Source of the DNA: Candidatus Zixiibacteriota bacterium | GTDB taxonomy: Bacteria; Desulfobacterota; Binatia; UBA9968 | Length of the DNA stretch: 64,000 bases | Assembly (NCBI GenBank): GCA_035574315.1 | Contig: DATLYW010000015.1 | Span: 20,828 to 84,827 of the forward strand | Direction: 5' to 3' | Part shown: positions 27,965 through 37,020 of the stretch, one piece after another | Layout: each line of letters starts with the position of its first letter | Numbering within the stretch: the first letter of the stretch is position 1 | The notes under the pieces: model-generated | Databases searched by the model: none | Told to the model about the DNA's origin: nothing | What the model saw: only the letters and a program-made list of their open reading frames with translations | Program-made: the position numbers and the translations under genes

Positions 27965-28959
27965 AGCGCGAAGGCTGGCTCGACGTCGTGCCGCTCCTGG
28001 CGGCGGCAGCGCTCTTTTGCGGCGGCCCGCGGGCCGGCGCCGCGGATCGAATCCTCATCGGCAACGTATCGCGCACCGTGGAGCAGCTCCCGAACTACGC
28101 GGCGACCGACAAAGGGTTCTTCGCCCGGGAAGGAATTCAGGGCGACGTGGTGCTGATCGGATCCACGGATACCCTGGTCCAGGCGCTCGTCGCGGGCCAG
28201 ATCCATGTCGCGATCGTGGACCCGTCGGCGGCGATCAACGCCATCGAGCGCGGCGCCGCGCTCAAGATCATCGGCGGCACTGTGCCGATCGCGGCCTACA
28301 CCCTGGTCGGTTGTCCGAAATACAAAACGATCAGGCAGCTTAAAGGGACGACCATCAGCGTCGTGAGCCTGGTTTCCGGGAGCACCATTTTCCTCAGGGA
28401 GATGCTCCGGGCGGAAGGTCTGGAGCTCAATCGCGACTACACGATCCTCCAGGGCGGTCCCACCACGCAGCGGCTCGCCAGCCTCAAAGGCTGCAACGCC
28501 GCCGCGACGATGGTCCTCGGTGGCGATCTGCCGCGAGCGCGCGAGCTCGGCTTCCCCGAGATTGCGCGGCTGCAGGACTACATCGCCAACCTTCAGTTCC
28601 ACAGCTTCATCGTGGACAGCCGGTGGGCGGAGGCCAACAGCGATCTCACCGTGCGGTATCTGAAGGCGATGATCCGCGCCATGCAGTGGGCTCACGCGAA
28701 CAAGGAAGAGGCCGCGGCGCTGGTTACGCAGCGAACCGGAATCCCCCTCAAATATACCCGAGCCACGGTCGAGGAGTATCTGACCCAGGGAATCATCAGC
28801 CGCGACGGCTCGATCAACCGGGAAGGGTTTCAACGGTTGATCGATCTCATGGGAGAGCGCCTGTTCAGGCAGAAGCCCTATCCGCCGCCGGAGAAATATC
28901 TCGACATGAGCTATCTCCGGCGCGCTCACAGGGAGCTGGGCTTTCCGGCGAGTCGGTAG
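27961..28959 (+). CDS. ABC transporter substrate-binding protein, NMT1/SsuA-like
   Basis: 332 aa. Signal peptide, then the NMT1-type fold. Its start overlaps the deacetylase stop by 4 nt (ATGA). Confidence 0.8.
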   Translation: MKREGWLDVVPLLAAAALFCGGPRAGAADRILIGNVSRTVEQLPNYAATDKGFFAREGIQGDVVLIGSTDTLVQALVAGQIHVAIVDPSAAINAIERGAALKIIGGTVPIAAYTLVGCPKYKTIRQLKGTTISVVSLVSGSTIFLREMLRAEGLELNRDYTILQGGPTTQRLASLKGCNAAATMVLGGDLPRARELGFPEIARLQDYIANLQFHSFIVDSRWAEANSDLTVRYLKAMIRAMQWAHANKEEAAALVTQRTGIPLKYTRATVEEYLTQGIISRDGSINREGFQRLIDLMGERLFRQKPYPPPEKYLDMSYLRRAHRELGFPASR

Positions 28960-28989
28960 CGGAGAGAAAAACGAAGCCGTCCCGGCGCG

Positions 28990-29499
28990 CTATCGGCGCC
29001 GGAAATTGTCCCTGAGGTCGCGTCGCTCCGCTTCCAGCTTGGCCCGGCTTTCGTGAAGCTCCTTTCGGCGCTCCGCGATCTTTGCGAGGTCTTCCCGGAT
29101 CTCGCGCCGGTCGGCGGCGATCTCATCGGGGCTTGCTCCCCTGCGGATATCGTGTCTCAGCTCGGCCCGGTCCTTTCTGAGCTCGCCGTAAGCCTCCCGT
29201 AGCTCTCGCCGATCTTTCGCCACCTCGCGCCGCGCCAGGCGAACGTCCCGGATGTCGCTCCGAATCTCGTCCCGGTTGCGGAACCGGTGGCGGGCGTCGT
29301 ACCGCGCGTGCCGCCGAAAGCGATGCTCGTCGCGGTGCGGCCAGCCCTTGTGGTAGCGCTTCCCGTGCTTCTTGTCATGGCCTCTGTGCCATCCGGGATT
29401 GTCCTTGAAATCCCGGTGGTCTGCAGCCGCTGGCGTCGCCGGCATGACCAGCGCCGCCGCGAGCAAACCCGCGAAGATGCCTGCTCTGATGACCTTCAT
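28990..29499 (-). CDS. secreted His-rich protein with R/D/E-rich repeats (hypothetical; possibly a periplasmic stress or metal-binding protein)
   Basis: 169 aa. Clean signal peptide (MKVIRAGIFAGLLAAALVMPATPAAA), then a His-rich stretch (HRGHDKKHGKRYHKGWPHRDEH), then repeats such as DRRELRE, DRAELRH, DRREIRE, ERRKELHE, ERRDLRD. Confidence 0.6.
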   Translation of the reverse strand: MKVIRAGIFAGLLAAALVMPATPAAADHRDFKDNPGWHRGHDKKHGKRYHKGWPHRDEHRFRRHARYDARHRFRNRDEIRSDIRDVRLARREVAKDRRELREAYGELRKDRAELRHDIRRGASPDEIAADRREIREDLAKIAERRKELHESRAKLEAERRDLRDNFRRR

Positions 29500-29785
29500 C
29501 GTCGTCCTCCTTCAGCCGTTGCCGTCGAGTCGGCCGGGAGGCACACCGAGCAACCCGCATGCCACCCGCGCCGGGACGATGATCCTCGCGAATACACGGG
29601 AGTTGTCGAGGATCGCTCGTCTGCGAGCCCCGTAAAAATTACATGGCGATACGCAAAGTTGTCGTCCGGGCGGGATGCGCGAAGCGGCCCGGCCGCAGGA
29701 GAATTGCCGGCGTTCGCGGGTGGTTGGCGGCGCGCGGGGGGAAAGAAAGGTCCTTCTGAACGGGAGCCGGGGATTTTTCGGATTC

Positions 29786-31132
29786 CTATCCCCGCAAAAG
29801 AGAACAGAACGGCCGGATATCTTCCATCGTTTCCAGATGATCGATGCACTCCAGAGCGCGGCGGGCCGCGTCCTCGTCGATCACCCGTCGGGCGCAGTCC
29901 ATGAACTTCCTTTCGAGCTCGGCGGTCGACATCGGCGCCTCCCGGCTGCCGCGCGCGTGCTCGACCGACTGCGCCAGCGTCCGTCCGTCGCGCAGCCGCA
30001 CCGAAACCCGGCAAGGGCGGCCGCCGGGCGAGGTCGCCCTGAGCTCCCGATCGTGCGTCATCCGGATCCGCTCGGCCAGCCGCAGAACGTCGGGATCCCT
30101 CACGGCCTCGTCGGTAAACGCATCCAGGAAAACCCCGCCGTCGATGATTGCGCGCGCAAGCACATATGGCATCGAGAACTTTCCTTGAAGGCCGGTTTCG
30201 GGAACGCCAAAGGCGATCCGCTCGAAGGTGTACCGGGTCACGCCGACCTCGATCGCCTCGATCTCGGCGGCGGCCAGACCGTGGCGCGCCCTGAGCTCGA
30301 GCAGCGCGTCGATCGCCGGATGCGTCAGGCCGCCGCAGGGATAGGGCTTGATTCTCAAGCCGCTTTCGACCAGCTCGTACTTCCGTCCCAGCTCGTCGAT
30401 CGGCGCGCCGTCGGCGTTCACGCCGGCATAGAGCACCCGATAAAAACCGAGCTTCGCCTCGATCGCCCGATCGTTGGCGGTAAATCCGCTCTGCGCCAGT
30501 TTTGCGGCCATCACCCCGTTACGCGCCCCCAGTCCGGCGTGCAGCGGCTTGGTCATCGTCCCGAAGTTGCAAACGAGCCCGCCCGCCATCGAGGCCGCGA
30601 TGCCGACGGCGGTCGCGATCCGCGGGGCGTCGAGATCGAGGAGCCTGGCGCACGCCACGGCTGCTCCCAGCGACCCCAGGCCGCCCGGCGCGTGCCATCC
30701 GCTTTCGGTTCCCTCGCGGAGCGAGAGCGCCAGCTTGGCGACGGTTTCGAACCCGGCCGCGTAAGCTTCCACGATGCGCCGGCCCGACGCCCCCGTCGCT
30801 TCTCCGAGAGCGAGGATCGCCGGAATCAGCGGTGCGGTCGGCTGGCCCATCAGCGCAAAGCTGTGATCGAAATCGAGCGCGTGCGCCGCCGTGCCGTTGA
30901 CAAGAGCCGCCTGGATTGCCCCGGAGCGAAAGTGCTGCCCGATGACCGTGGACTCCTCACGATCGAAGCGCGCGAGCTCGGCGCAGATCCTGGCGCTCGG
31001 CTCGCGGCTCCCGGCGAGCGCCACCCCCACGCAGTCCATAACCGCAATCTTCGCCGTCTCGACCGCTCGCGCCGGAATGTTCTCGTACCGCGCCTCCGCG
31101 GCAAAACGGGCGATCTTCCCGGTGACGTCCAT
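29786..31132 (-). CDS. MmgE/PrpD family protein
   Basis: 448 aa with MmgE/PrpD N- and C-domain blocks (DCVGVALAGS..., GGLVCNFGTMTKPLHAGLGARNG, IKPYPCGGLTHPAIDA). Confidence 0.85.
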   Translation of the reverse strand: MDVTGKIARFAAEARYENIPARAVETAKIAVMDCVGVALAGSREPSARICAELARFDREESTVIGQHFRSGAIQAALVNGTAAHALDFDHSFALMGQPTAPLIPAILALGEATGASGRRIVEAYAAGFETVAKLALSLREGTESGWHAPGGLGSLGAAVACARLLDLDAPRIATAVGIAASMAGGLVCNFGTMTKPLHAGLGARNGVMAAKLAQSGFTANDRAIEAKLGFYRVLYAGVNADGAPIDELGRKYELVESGLRIKPYPCGGLTHPAIDALLELRARHGLAAAEIEAIEVGVTRYTFERIAFGVPETGLQGKFSMPYVLARAIIDGGVFLDAFTDEAVRDPDVLRLAERIRMTHDRELRATSPGGRPCRVSVRLRDGRTLAQSVEHARGSREAPMSTAELERKFMDCARRVIDEDAARRALECIDHLETMEDIRPFCSLLRG

Positions 31133-31147
31133 ATCGACCTCCGCTCG

Positions 31148-32410
31148 TTATTTGCGGGCGCTTGCCGGCTGTTGCGCTCGGGTCCCGCCGTACAGCTTCA
31201 GCGGCGCGATCACGGCGGCACCGACCAGCAGGAAGATTCCCGCGAGCACGAAAGCCGACCGGATCCCCCACGCGCCGATCAGGTAGCCGGTCAGCATCGG
31301 CGTCGGGATCACGGCGAGCTGCGTGATCAGAAAAGTAAGACCGTATGTGGACGACTGGATGTTCGAGCCGGCGACGTCCATCACCGCCGCGTTCATGATG
31401 TTGAAGATCGTGTAGAAAAAGACGCCGGTTACCAGAACCACGAGCGCGAGCGCCGCGCCCGCGGGCGCGGCGGCGAGCAGCGCGAAGAACAAACCGAGCG
31501 CCAGGCACGAAGGCACGAGCACGGCCTTGCGGCCGAAACGGTCCGAAAGCAGCCCCAGAACGGGCTGCGAGACGATTCCCATGACGTGCAGCAAGGCGAC
31601 GAACCCGCCGACGCCGACCGAGGTGTATCCCAGATGCTCCTGCAGGTAGATGGGAAAGAAGGTGAGAACCACCAGCCGCCCCATCTGCAAGAGCCCGGTC
31701 GCCGCCGAGACCCCCAGAAACGCGGCGTCCCTGAGCAGTCGCGCCACGTCGCGCAGTTGCCCGGAGGCGCTCGCCGGGGCGGGACCTCCGTCTCCGAGCG
31801 CGGTCGTCAGAGCGCGCCAGAGCAGGAACCCGAACAGTAGGCCCGGGACGAGCTGCGCCTGTGTGAGGCCTCTCCAGGAAAAGCTCGCGAGAAGGAAACC
31901 CACGCAAAATGGCGTGATCGTATCGCTCAGGGTCGCGCCCGTTCCGTGGATCGAGAGCGCGGTGCCGCGCCTCTCCGGAAACCGGTTCGAGAGCACCCCC
32001 GCGGCGGCCGGATGCCAGAGCGCCGTTCCCAGGCCGACCAGGCCCGAGCCGACGAGCGCCGCGAAAAACCAACCGGCGCCGAGGAGGAAATAAGCGGTCC
32101 CCATCGACGCCAGCGACAGCGCCAGAATCGCCGCCCGATGGCGAACCAGCGAGTCGGCCGCGATTCCGAGCGGCAGCTGTCCGAGACCCGCAACCATCTG
32201 CTGCGCCGAGCTGAGCGCGCCGACCTCCACGTGGCTGAGCCCCAGATCCGCCTTAAGCGTCGGCAGGATCACCGGGAGGGACTGCTGGAACCAGTGGATC
32301 ACGAAATGGCCGGCCGTGAGCACGCCGAGAAGCCAGGCGCGCTCGGCGCCCAGCACCCGAAGGGAGCGAACCAGAGACAGAGCGCTGCTCGCGAGGGACA
32401 TTCCCGGCAT
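31148..32410 (-). CDS. MFS transporter
   Basis: 420 aa with a 12-transmembrane pattern. Confidence 0.8.
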   Translation of the reverse strand: MPGMSLASSALSLVRSLRVLGAERAWLLGVLTAGHFVIHWFQQSLPVILPTLKADLGLSHVEVGALSSAQQMVAGLGQLPLGIAADSLVRHRAAILALSLASMGTAYFLLGAGWFFAALVGSGLVGLGTALWHPAAAGVLSNRFPERRGTALSIHGTGATLSDTITPFCVGFLLASFSWRGLTQAQLVPGLLFGFLLWRALTTALGDGGPAPASASGQLRDVARLLRDAAFLGVSAATGLLQMGRLVVLTFFPIYLQEHLGYTSVGVGGFVALLHVMGIVSQPVLGLLSDRFGRKAVLVPSCLALGLFFALLAAAPAGAALALVVLVTGVFFYTIFNIMNAAVMDVAGSNIQSSTYGLTFLITQLAVIPTPMLTGYLIGAWGIRSAFVLAGIFLLVGAAVIAPLKLYGGTRAQQPASARK

Positions 32411-32520
32411 CGGTCACCCTTTTGGGAAGCACCTGCGATCCGGTTCAAAGATTCCTTTGCACCGCCGGAAGCAATTCCGGGGTCTCGGTCGCGAGCCGCC
32501 ATGATACGATGTCCGCATAC

Positions 32521-33771
32521 TTACGGCCTCACTGGATTCCCTGTCGCGCATCGCGGCTCGCGCGCAAACCGCCAGGCGTTCCAGGCGGCTCCCGCCCCGC
32601 CGATCGCCAGCACCGCAAATGCGGAGCCCCAGGCCGCCGGAGGCCCGAAACCGGCAAGATCCGCCGCGTCGAGCGCCAGTCCGAAGGCGGTCGGCGCAAC
32701 CGCCCCGGCCCCGAAGCCGAGCAGCGAGCGGATTGCGAGCGCCGAGCCGAGATGAGCCGGAGCCACCGCCTCGGTCAGGGCCGTGGACAGCACGGGCGAA
32801 TCGCCGATTGTGACGAAACCGTAAACGAGAATGAGCGCGATCATCATGAAAGGCGGTCCCCCCACGAGCCAGCCGATTCCCAGGGACACCACGGTGCCCG
32901 CCGCGGCGAGGAGCAGCAAGACCGCTCCCCGACCCCAGAGATCGGAGAGATGGCCCATGGTCGATGCGGCGAGCGCCCCGACGAGATGCATGGCGGCGAC
33001 GAGATACGAAGCCGCCTCGGCCGCCTTCGCGGAAGCGGTTCCGGAAAGCGTCAGGCTCGCAGCGAGAAAAGCGGGCGCCCACGACCACATGCCGAGCAGC
33101 TCCCAGCAATGGCAGGTGTAGGCGGCGACGAGCTGCCGGGCTCGAACGTTGCCCAAGAGCGCTGCCGCGGTTTCGCCATGCCTCGGCGGCCGATGGACTC
33201 TATTGGGCACGTCCCGCAACGCGCGCCACAGGATGAGCGCGCCGAGGCTCGGGAGCAGGCCGGTACCGACGAAGGCCAGCGTATAGTCGCCGAGCGCGAG
33301 CAAGAGGCCCGAGGTCGCCAGCGAGAACGCGTATCCGGCCGACGTGCTCGCGATCAACCACCCGACGGCGCGCCCGCGGCGGTCGGCCCGATAGCGCTCA
33401 GCCATGATCATGATCGCGGGAGTGTAGTTGCCGCCCTGCGTCATGGCGGAGAGCGTGTAGAGGAGCAGCGCCGACGCGTAGCCTCGCGCGAAGAAGCCAA
33501 ACGCGACCGCACCCGCGGCGGTCGCGAACGCCGAGAGCACGAAGACACGCCGCGCTCCGACGCGCTCCGCCAGCCACGAGAAAGCCACGAGCGAGATCGT
33601 GTAGCCGACCATGAAGCCCGAGGAGATGGTGCCGGCTTCGGTCGCGGACATTTGCCATCGCTCTCTGAGAATCGGGAGGCACGCCGCGTACACCATGAAG
33701 TTGGAGTAGGCGAAAACGCGTCCGACGCAGATCGACAACAGCCAGCGATCCCGGCGCAGGACCCCTTCCAT
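32521..33771 (-). CDS. MFS transporter
   Basis: 416 aa with a 12-transmembrane pattern. Confidence 0.8.
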   Translation of the reverse strand: MEGVLRRDRWLLSICVGRVFAYSNFMVYAACLPILRERWQMSATEAGTISSGFMVGYTISLVAFSWLAERVGARRVFVLSAFATAAGAVAFGFFARGYASALLLYTLSAMTQGGNYTPAIMIMAERYRADRRGRAVGWLIASTSAGYAFSLATSGLLLALGDYTLAFVGTGLLPSLGALILWRALRDVPNRVHRPPRHGETAAALLGNVRARQLVAAYTCHCWELLGMWSWAPAFLAASLTLSGTASAKAAEAASYLVAAMHLVGALAASTMGHLSDLWGRGAVLLLLAAAGTVVSLGIGWLVGGPPFMMIALILVYGFVTIGDSPVLSTALTEAVAPAHLGSALAIRSLLGFGAGAVAPTAFGLALDAADLAGFGPPAAWGSAFAVLAIGGAGAAWNAWRFAREPRCATGNPVRP

Positions 33772-33780
33772 CCCGTCCCG

Positions 33781-34092
33781 TTAGCGCCAGGCCGTGTCCG
33801 GCGGCACCACGTTGGTGCCGAAGCGGCGCTCCGGCGAAGCGGCGAGCCAGGAGCGCGTTCTTTCCTGATAGTGCTTGAAGTGCGGACTCCGGCGATGCGC
33901 TTCCAGGGCGGCCTCGTCGCGGTAGACCTCGTAGAAATAAAAACGGTTCGGGTTCTCGCGGTCGCGGATCACGTCGAAGCGCAGGCAGCCGGGCTCGTCC
34001 TTTTCCGAATGCTCCGCATCATAGCGGGCCGCCTCCAGGAACTCCTCGACATGCTCCGGCTTGACCTCGATCGTCACCTGCAATATCAGCAT
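33781..34092 (-). CDS. antibiotic-biosynthesis-monooxygenase (ABM) domain protein
   Basis: Start taken at MLILQVTIEVKPEH, giving 103 aa with the ABM ferredoxin-like fold (FLEAARYDAEHSEKDEPGCLRFDV...FYFYEVYRDEAALEAHRRSPHF). The longer track ORF has an Arg/Gly-rich extension. Confidence 0.7.
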   Translation of the reverse strand: MLILQVTIEVKPEHVEEFLEAARYDAEHSEKDEPGCLRFDVIRDRENPNRFYFYEVYRDEAALEAHRRSPHFKHYQERTRSWLAASPERRFGTNVVPPDTAWR

Positions 34093-34124
34093 GCGCCACC
34101 TCCATCGCACGCCCGATTCCCGGG

Positions 34125-34955
34125 CTACCGCGCCTTCGGCGCCACCGTGACGCCGCGGAGCCCCGCCTCCTCGATCGCGCGCGCGATCAGCCCGCAAGCT
34201 TTCATCTCCTCGACGAACTCGCAAAGGTAGTCCCTGGCCTGCGGCCGCCCCTTCGGCAGGCCCAGCGCCTGCTCGATCGCCATGAAACGGCCGTCGAGCA
34301 CGCGGCTTCCGGGGAGCTTCGGTGCATTGTCAAGGAGATGCTGTCTCACGCCCGCCACCGCGTCGACCTCTCGGGCGACGGCGAGCGCAAAGGCGGCGTC
34401 GGGGGTGGGCGCTCGCACCAGGACGGCGTGCTTCAGGCTGCGGGTAAGAAACAGATCGTAGGCGCTCCCCGCCGAGACGGCGATCCGCGTGCCGTCGCGG
34501 TCGACGTCGGCTGGCGCTCGAAGCGGCGATCCCGCCGGCACGAGGTAGGCGCCCTCGATCTCCAGGTAAGGCGCCGTGAAATCGATCTCGTTCGCCCGCT
34601 CGGCGTCGAGCGCGAGAAAAGCGATATCCCAGGCGCCTTGCTTGAAGGCCGCGAACATCTTTCCCGCGGATTCGTAGCCGACGAGCTTAAGCGGCAGCTC
34701 GGCGCGGCGGGCGAGCTCACGCGCGAGCACGACCGCGATGCCGCTCAGCTCGCCGCTGCGCGGGTCTCTGCGGGCGAGCACCGGGTTGCCGTAGTTGATG
34801 CCTGCGCGCAAGGTGCCGGTCGGCGCCAGCTCGGCGCGCAAGGAATCCAGGATCGCCAATGAAGCCTCCTCGGGGCGGATCGTCGGACGCTGCGTCGCGG
34901 CGCGCCTCCCGACGCGGTTCGCGCACAGCTTCTCGCTTGCGGCGGCCTCGGGCAA
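34125..34955 (-). CDS. substrate-binding protein, family 3 (amino-acid/ectoine type); start codon uncertain
   Basis: SBP_bac_3-like blocks (TLRAGINYGNPV...WDIAFLALDAERANEIDFTAPYLEIEGAYLV). The longest ORF begins with TTG and shows no clear signal peptide, so the true start may be downstream. Confidence 0.6.
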   Translation of the reverse strand: MPEAAASEKLCANRVGRRAATQRPTIRPEEASLAILDSLRAELAPTGTLRAGINYGNPVLARRDPRSGELSGIAVVLARELARRAELPLKLVGYESAGKMFAAFKQGAWDIAFLALDAERANEIDFTAPYLEIEGAYLVPAGSPLRAPADVDRDGTRIAVSAGSAYDLFLTRSLKHAVLVRAPTPDAAFALAVAREVDAVAGVRQHLLDNAPKLPGSRVLDGRFMAIEQALGLPKGRPQARDYLCEFVEEMKACGLIARAIEEAGLRGVTVAPKAR

Positions 34956-35061
34956 CGTACGTCGGGAAAGGGCTCTGTGTCAAGAAACGCAGCGGCTTGA
35001 CCCGTTCGGCTCTCTCTGGTACGTGGGGTCCTGACGCCGGCATCGAACAGAGGGGCGCGCC

Positions 35062-36096
35062 ATGGGATTCGACGAACCTGAGGGAGTCGTTCACTGGATC
35101 GACCACCATGTCGTGGGAACCAACGACATGGCCGCCTGGTCCGACTGGGCGGTGAATGCGACCGGGCTCTTGCGCCGCCCGATCGGCGGCCTCACTACGG
35201 CGGCGCGAAAGAGGAATGCCCCGATCATGTGTTTCCTCTGGTGGGAGGGCGGCTCCTGCCGCATCGGCGCGTTTCTGCAGCCCGAGGTCTTTCCCCCGAG
35301 CGGAGGTCTCGGCAGGGACCTGCCCCGGTGCGCGTTTTACATCCGGCCCGAAGACATCGACGCGCACGTTCGGCGGCTCGACCGCCACCGCATTCCCCAC
35401 ACCGACCCGGTCCGCACCGCGGCCGAAGGAGAAGAAGGCGTCGCCGTCTACTTCGAGGATCCCGACGGCAACCAGTACGAGTTCTGGGCGCCGGACATCA
35501 TGCCCCCGGGCGCGATGGAAATCGCCACGCCGGAGAAGGTCGGCCGCATCAGCCACGTGGTGTTCGGCTCGCGCGACCTGAGCCGAACCGCGGCTTTCTT
35601 CGAGAGGTACTGCGGCCTGCGGCCCTCCCGCGGCGCGGCGATCGCCGAGGGCACGCTGGTCTTGCGGTTACAGGCGGGCGCCCGGCTCGTCTACCGGCTC
35701 GTCGACCGGGTCGACGAGCGGGTGGCGGGGCACGGACCGTGGTGGGACATGCACACCGCCTTGACGGTCCGCGAAGAGGACTACATGCCGAATTACCGGC
35801 GGATGTGGGAAGGGCTTCCCGAGGAAGAAGACGCCAAGGAAGCGCTGCGGCAGTCGATCGAGGAGCAGGATGCTCTCCCGGCGCGAACCGGCCTGCATCG
35901 GAGCCCTGTGGGCTACCGCTGGAAGCAGATTTACCGGCGCGGCGACGAGTTCTACGACTGGGACGGCCACGCCTTCCATTTTTATGGCGGCATCCCGCTG
36001 ACGAAGGACGGCTCGCTCGCTCTGTACCGCGGCAAGGAGCAGGAAGAGTATCTGGAGGAGCTCGCCGGATTCGTGAAAGAACAGGACCGGCCGTGA
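35062..36096 (+). CDS. VOC (glyoxalase/bleomycin-resistance/extradiol dioxygenase) family protein, two domains
   Basis: 344 aa with two VOC-like halves (VHWIDHHVVGTND... and ISHVVFGSRDLSRTAAFFERYCGL...). Confidence 0.75.
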   Translation: MGFDEPEGVVHWIDHHVVGTNDMAAWSDWAVNATGLLRRPIGGLTTAARKRNAPIMCFLWWEGGSCRIGAFLQPEVFPPSGGLGRDLPRCAFYIRPEDIDAHVRRLDRHRIPHTDPVRTAAEGEEGVAVYFEDPDGNQYEFWAPDIMPPGAMEIATPEKVGRISHVVFGSRDLSRTAAFFERYCGLRPSRGAAIAEGTLVLRLQAGARLVYRLVDRVDERVAGHGPWWDMHTALTVREEDYMPNYRRMWEGLPEEEDAKEALRQSIEEQDALPARTGLHRSPVGYRWKQIYRRGDEFYDWDGHAFHFYGGIPLTKDGSLALYRGKEQEEYLEELAGFVKEQDRP

Positions 36097-36109
36097 GCGC
36101 CGCAGAAAG

Positions 36110-36467
36110 CTACGAGGCCCTGTGCGGAGGCTCCGCCGCGGGCTCGCCCGAAGGCAGCCGGTCCAGCCGCGGGCGCGTATTGTCCGCCTCGAGACGATCG
36201 AGGCGCTGCTCGAGCCGCGCCATTTCGTCACCTCTCGCCGCGGCGCGAGCCCTGCCTTAGAACACAAACGTCGACGAAGCCGATCTTGTTGCGGCGTACA
36301 CGATCCAGGCCACGAGAATTCCCGCGAGGAGAGAGCCCGCGATCACGGCGTACAGCGGAACGGCTTCGACGGCACCCCCCGAACCAGATGCCGACCGGCG
36401 TCGTGTTTTGGGTCGCAAAATAGACGGCCCCCAGACCGAAAAAAACCGCAATCAGCAAGGCTGGCAT
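36110..36467 (-). pseudogene. LapA-like (DUF1049, lipopolysaccharide-assembly protein A family) gene that appears disrupted by a homopolymer frameshift and an in-frame TAA
   Basis: From the ATG at 36467 the protein reads MPALLIAVFFGLGAVYFATQNTTPVGIWFGG. After a 1-nt shift inside a C6/G6 run (near 36375-36380) it continues AVEAVPLYAVIAGSLLAGILVAWIVYAATRSASSTFVF, then hits TAA at 36259-36257. The same frame then continues ...MARLEQRLDRLEADNTRPRLDRL, which resembles the LapA coiled-coil tail. A sequencing error at the homopolymer is an alternative explanation. Confidence 0.35.
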
Positions 36468-36549
36468 GAAACGCCCCCTTCTGAAGAGCTCATTGGGCGT
36501 TGAAACGTGGCGGTGCCAGCTTCAAAACCGCCGGTCGGGAACCGGAAAC

Positions 36550-37020
36550 CTACAACCAGGACCCCAGCAACGCCGGAGGCCAGGGAACGTGCAGCACCTT
36601 CTCGAAGATCCCGTAGAGGAAACCCCACGTCGCCACCGCCATTGAGCAGGCCGTGGTCCACCCGCCGCCGTAAAACTTCACGTAGGCAAGAACGAACAGC
36701 GGCAGCGCCACGGGGAACCCGACCACGTGAATCGCGGCGAAAAGCCCCCAGAGCCAGGCCCAGATCTCCAGGGTGCCCCACGGTCCCGAGTGCTCGATTG
36801 CAGCGGTGTCGAAGGTCGGCCGTGCCGGGCTGGAACGCTCCTCGCCCAGGGATTTGAAATCGGTCGCCCACTGCACCGCCGCCAGCACCGTCCCGACTCC
36901 GCCCAGCAGCAGTATGACGATCGAGGCGCGGAGCGGCCAGTCTGCGGCGATCCAAAGTGCGCCGAAAATGACCAGTCCCACGAGCGAAGTAAAGAGCAGT
37001 CGTTCCATCCCGCGAGCCAT
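36550..37020 (-). CDS. tctB: tripartite tricarboxylate transporter TctB-family small membrane subunit
   Basis: Start taken at MARGMERLLF, giving 156 aa with 4 predicted transmembrane helices. Its ATG overlaps the tctA stop (TGATG). The longer track ORF was trimmed. Confidence 0.7.
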   Translation of the reverse strand: MARGMERLLFTSLVGLVIFGALWIAADWPLRASIVILLLGGVGTVLAAVQWATDFKSLGEERSSPARPTFDTAAIEHSGPWGTLEIWAWLWGLFAAIHVVGFPVALPLFVLAYVKFYGGGWTTACSMAVATWGFLYGIFEKVLHVPWPPALLGSWL

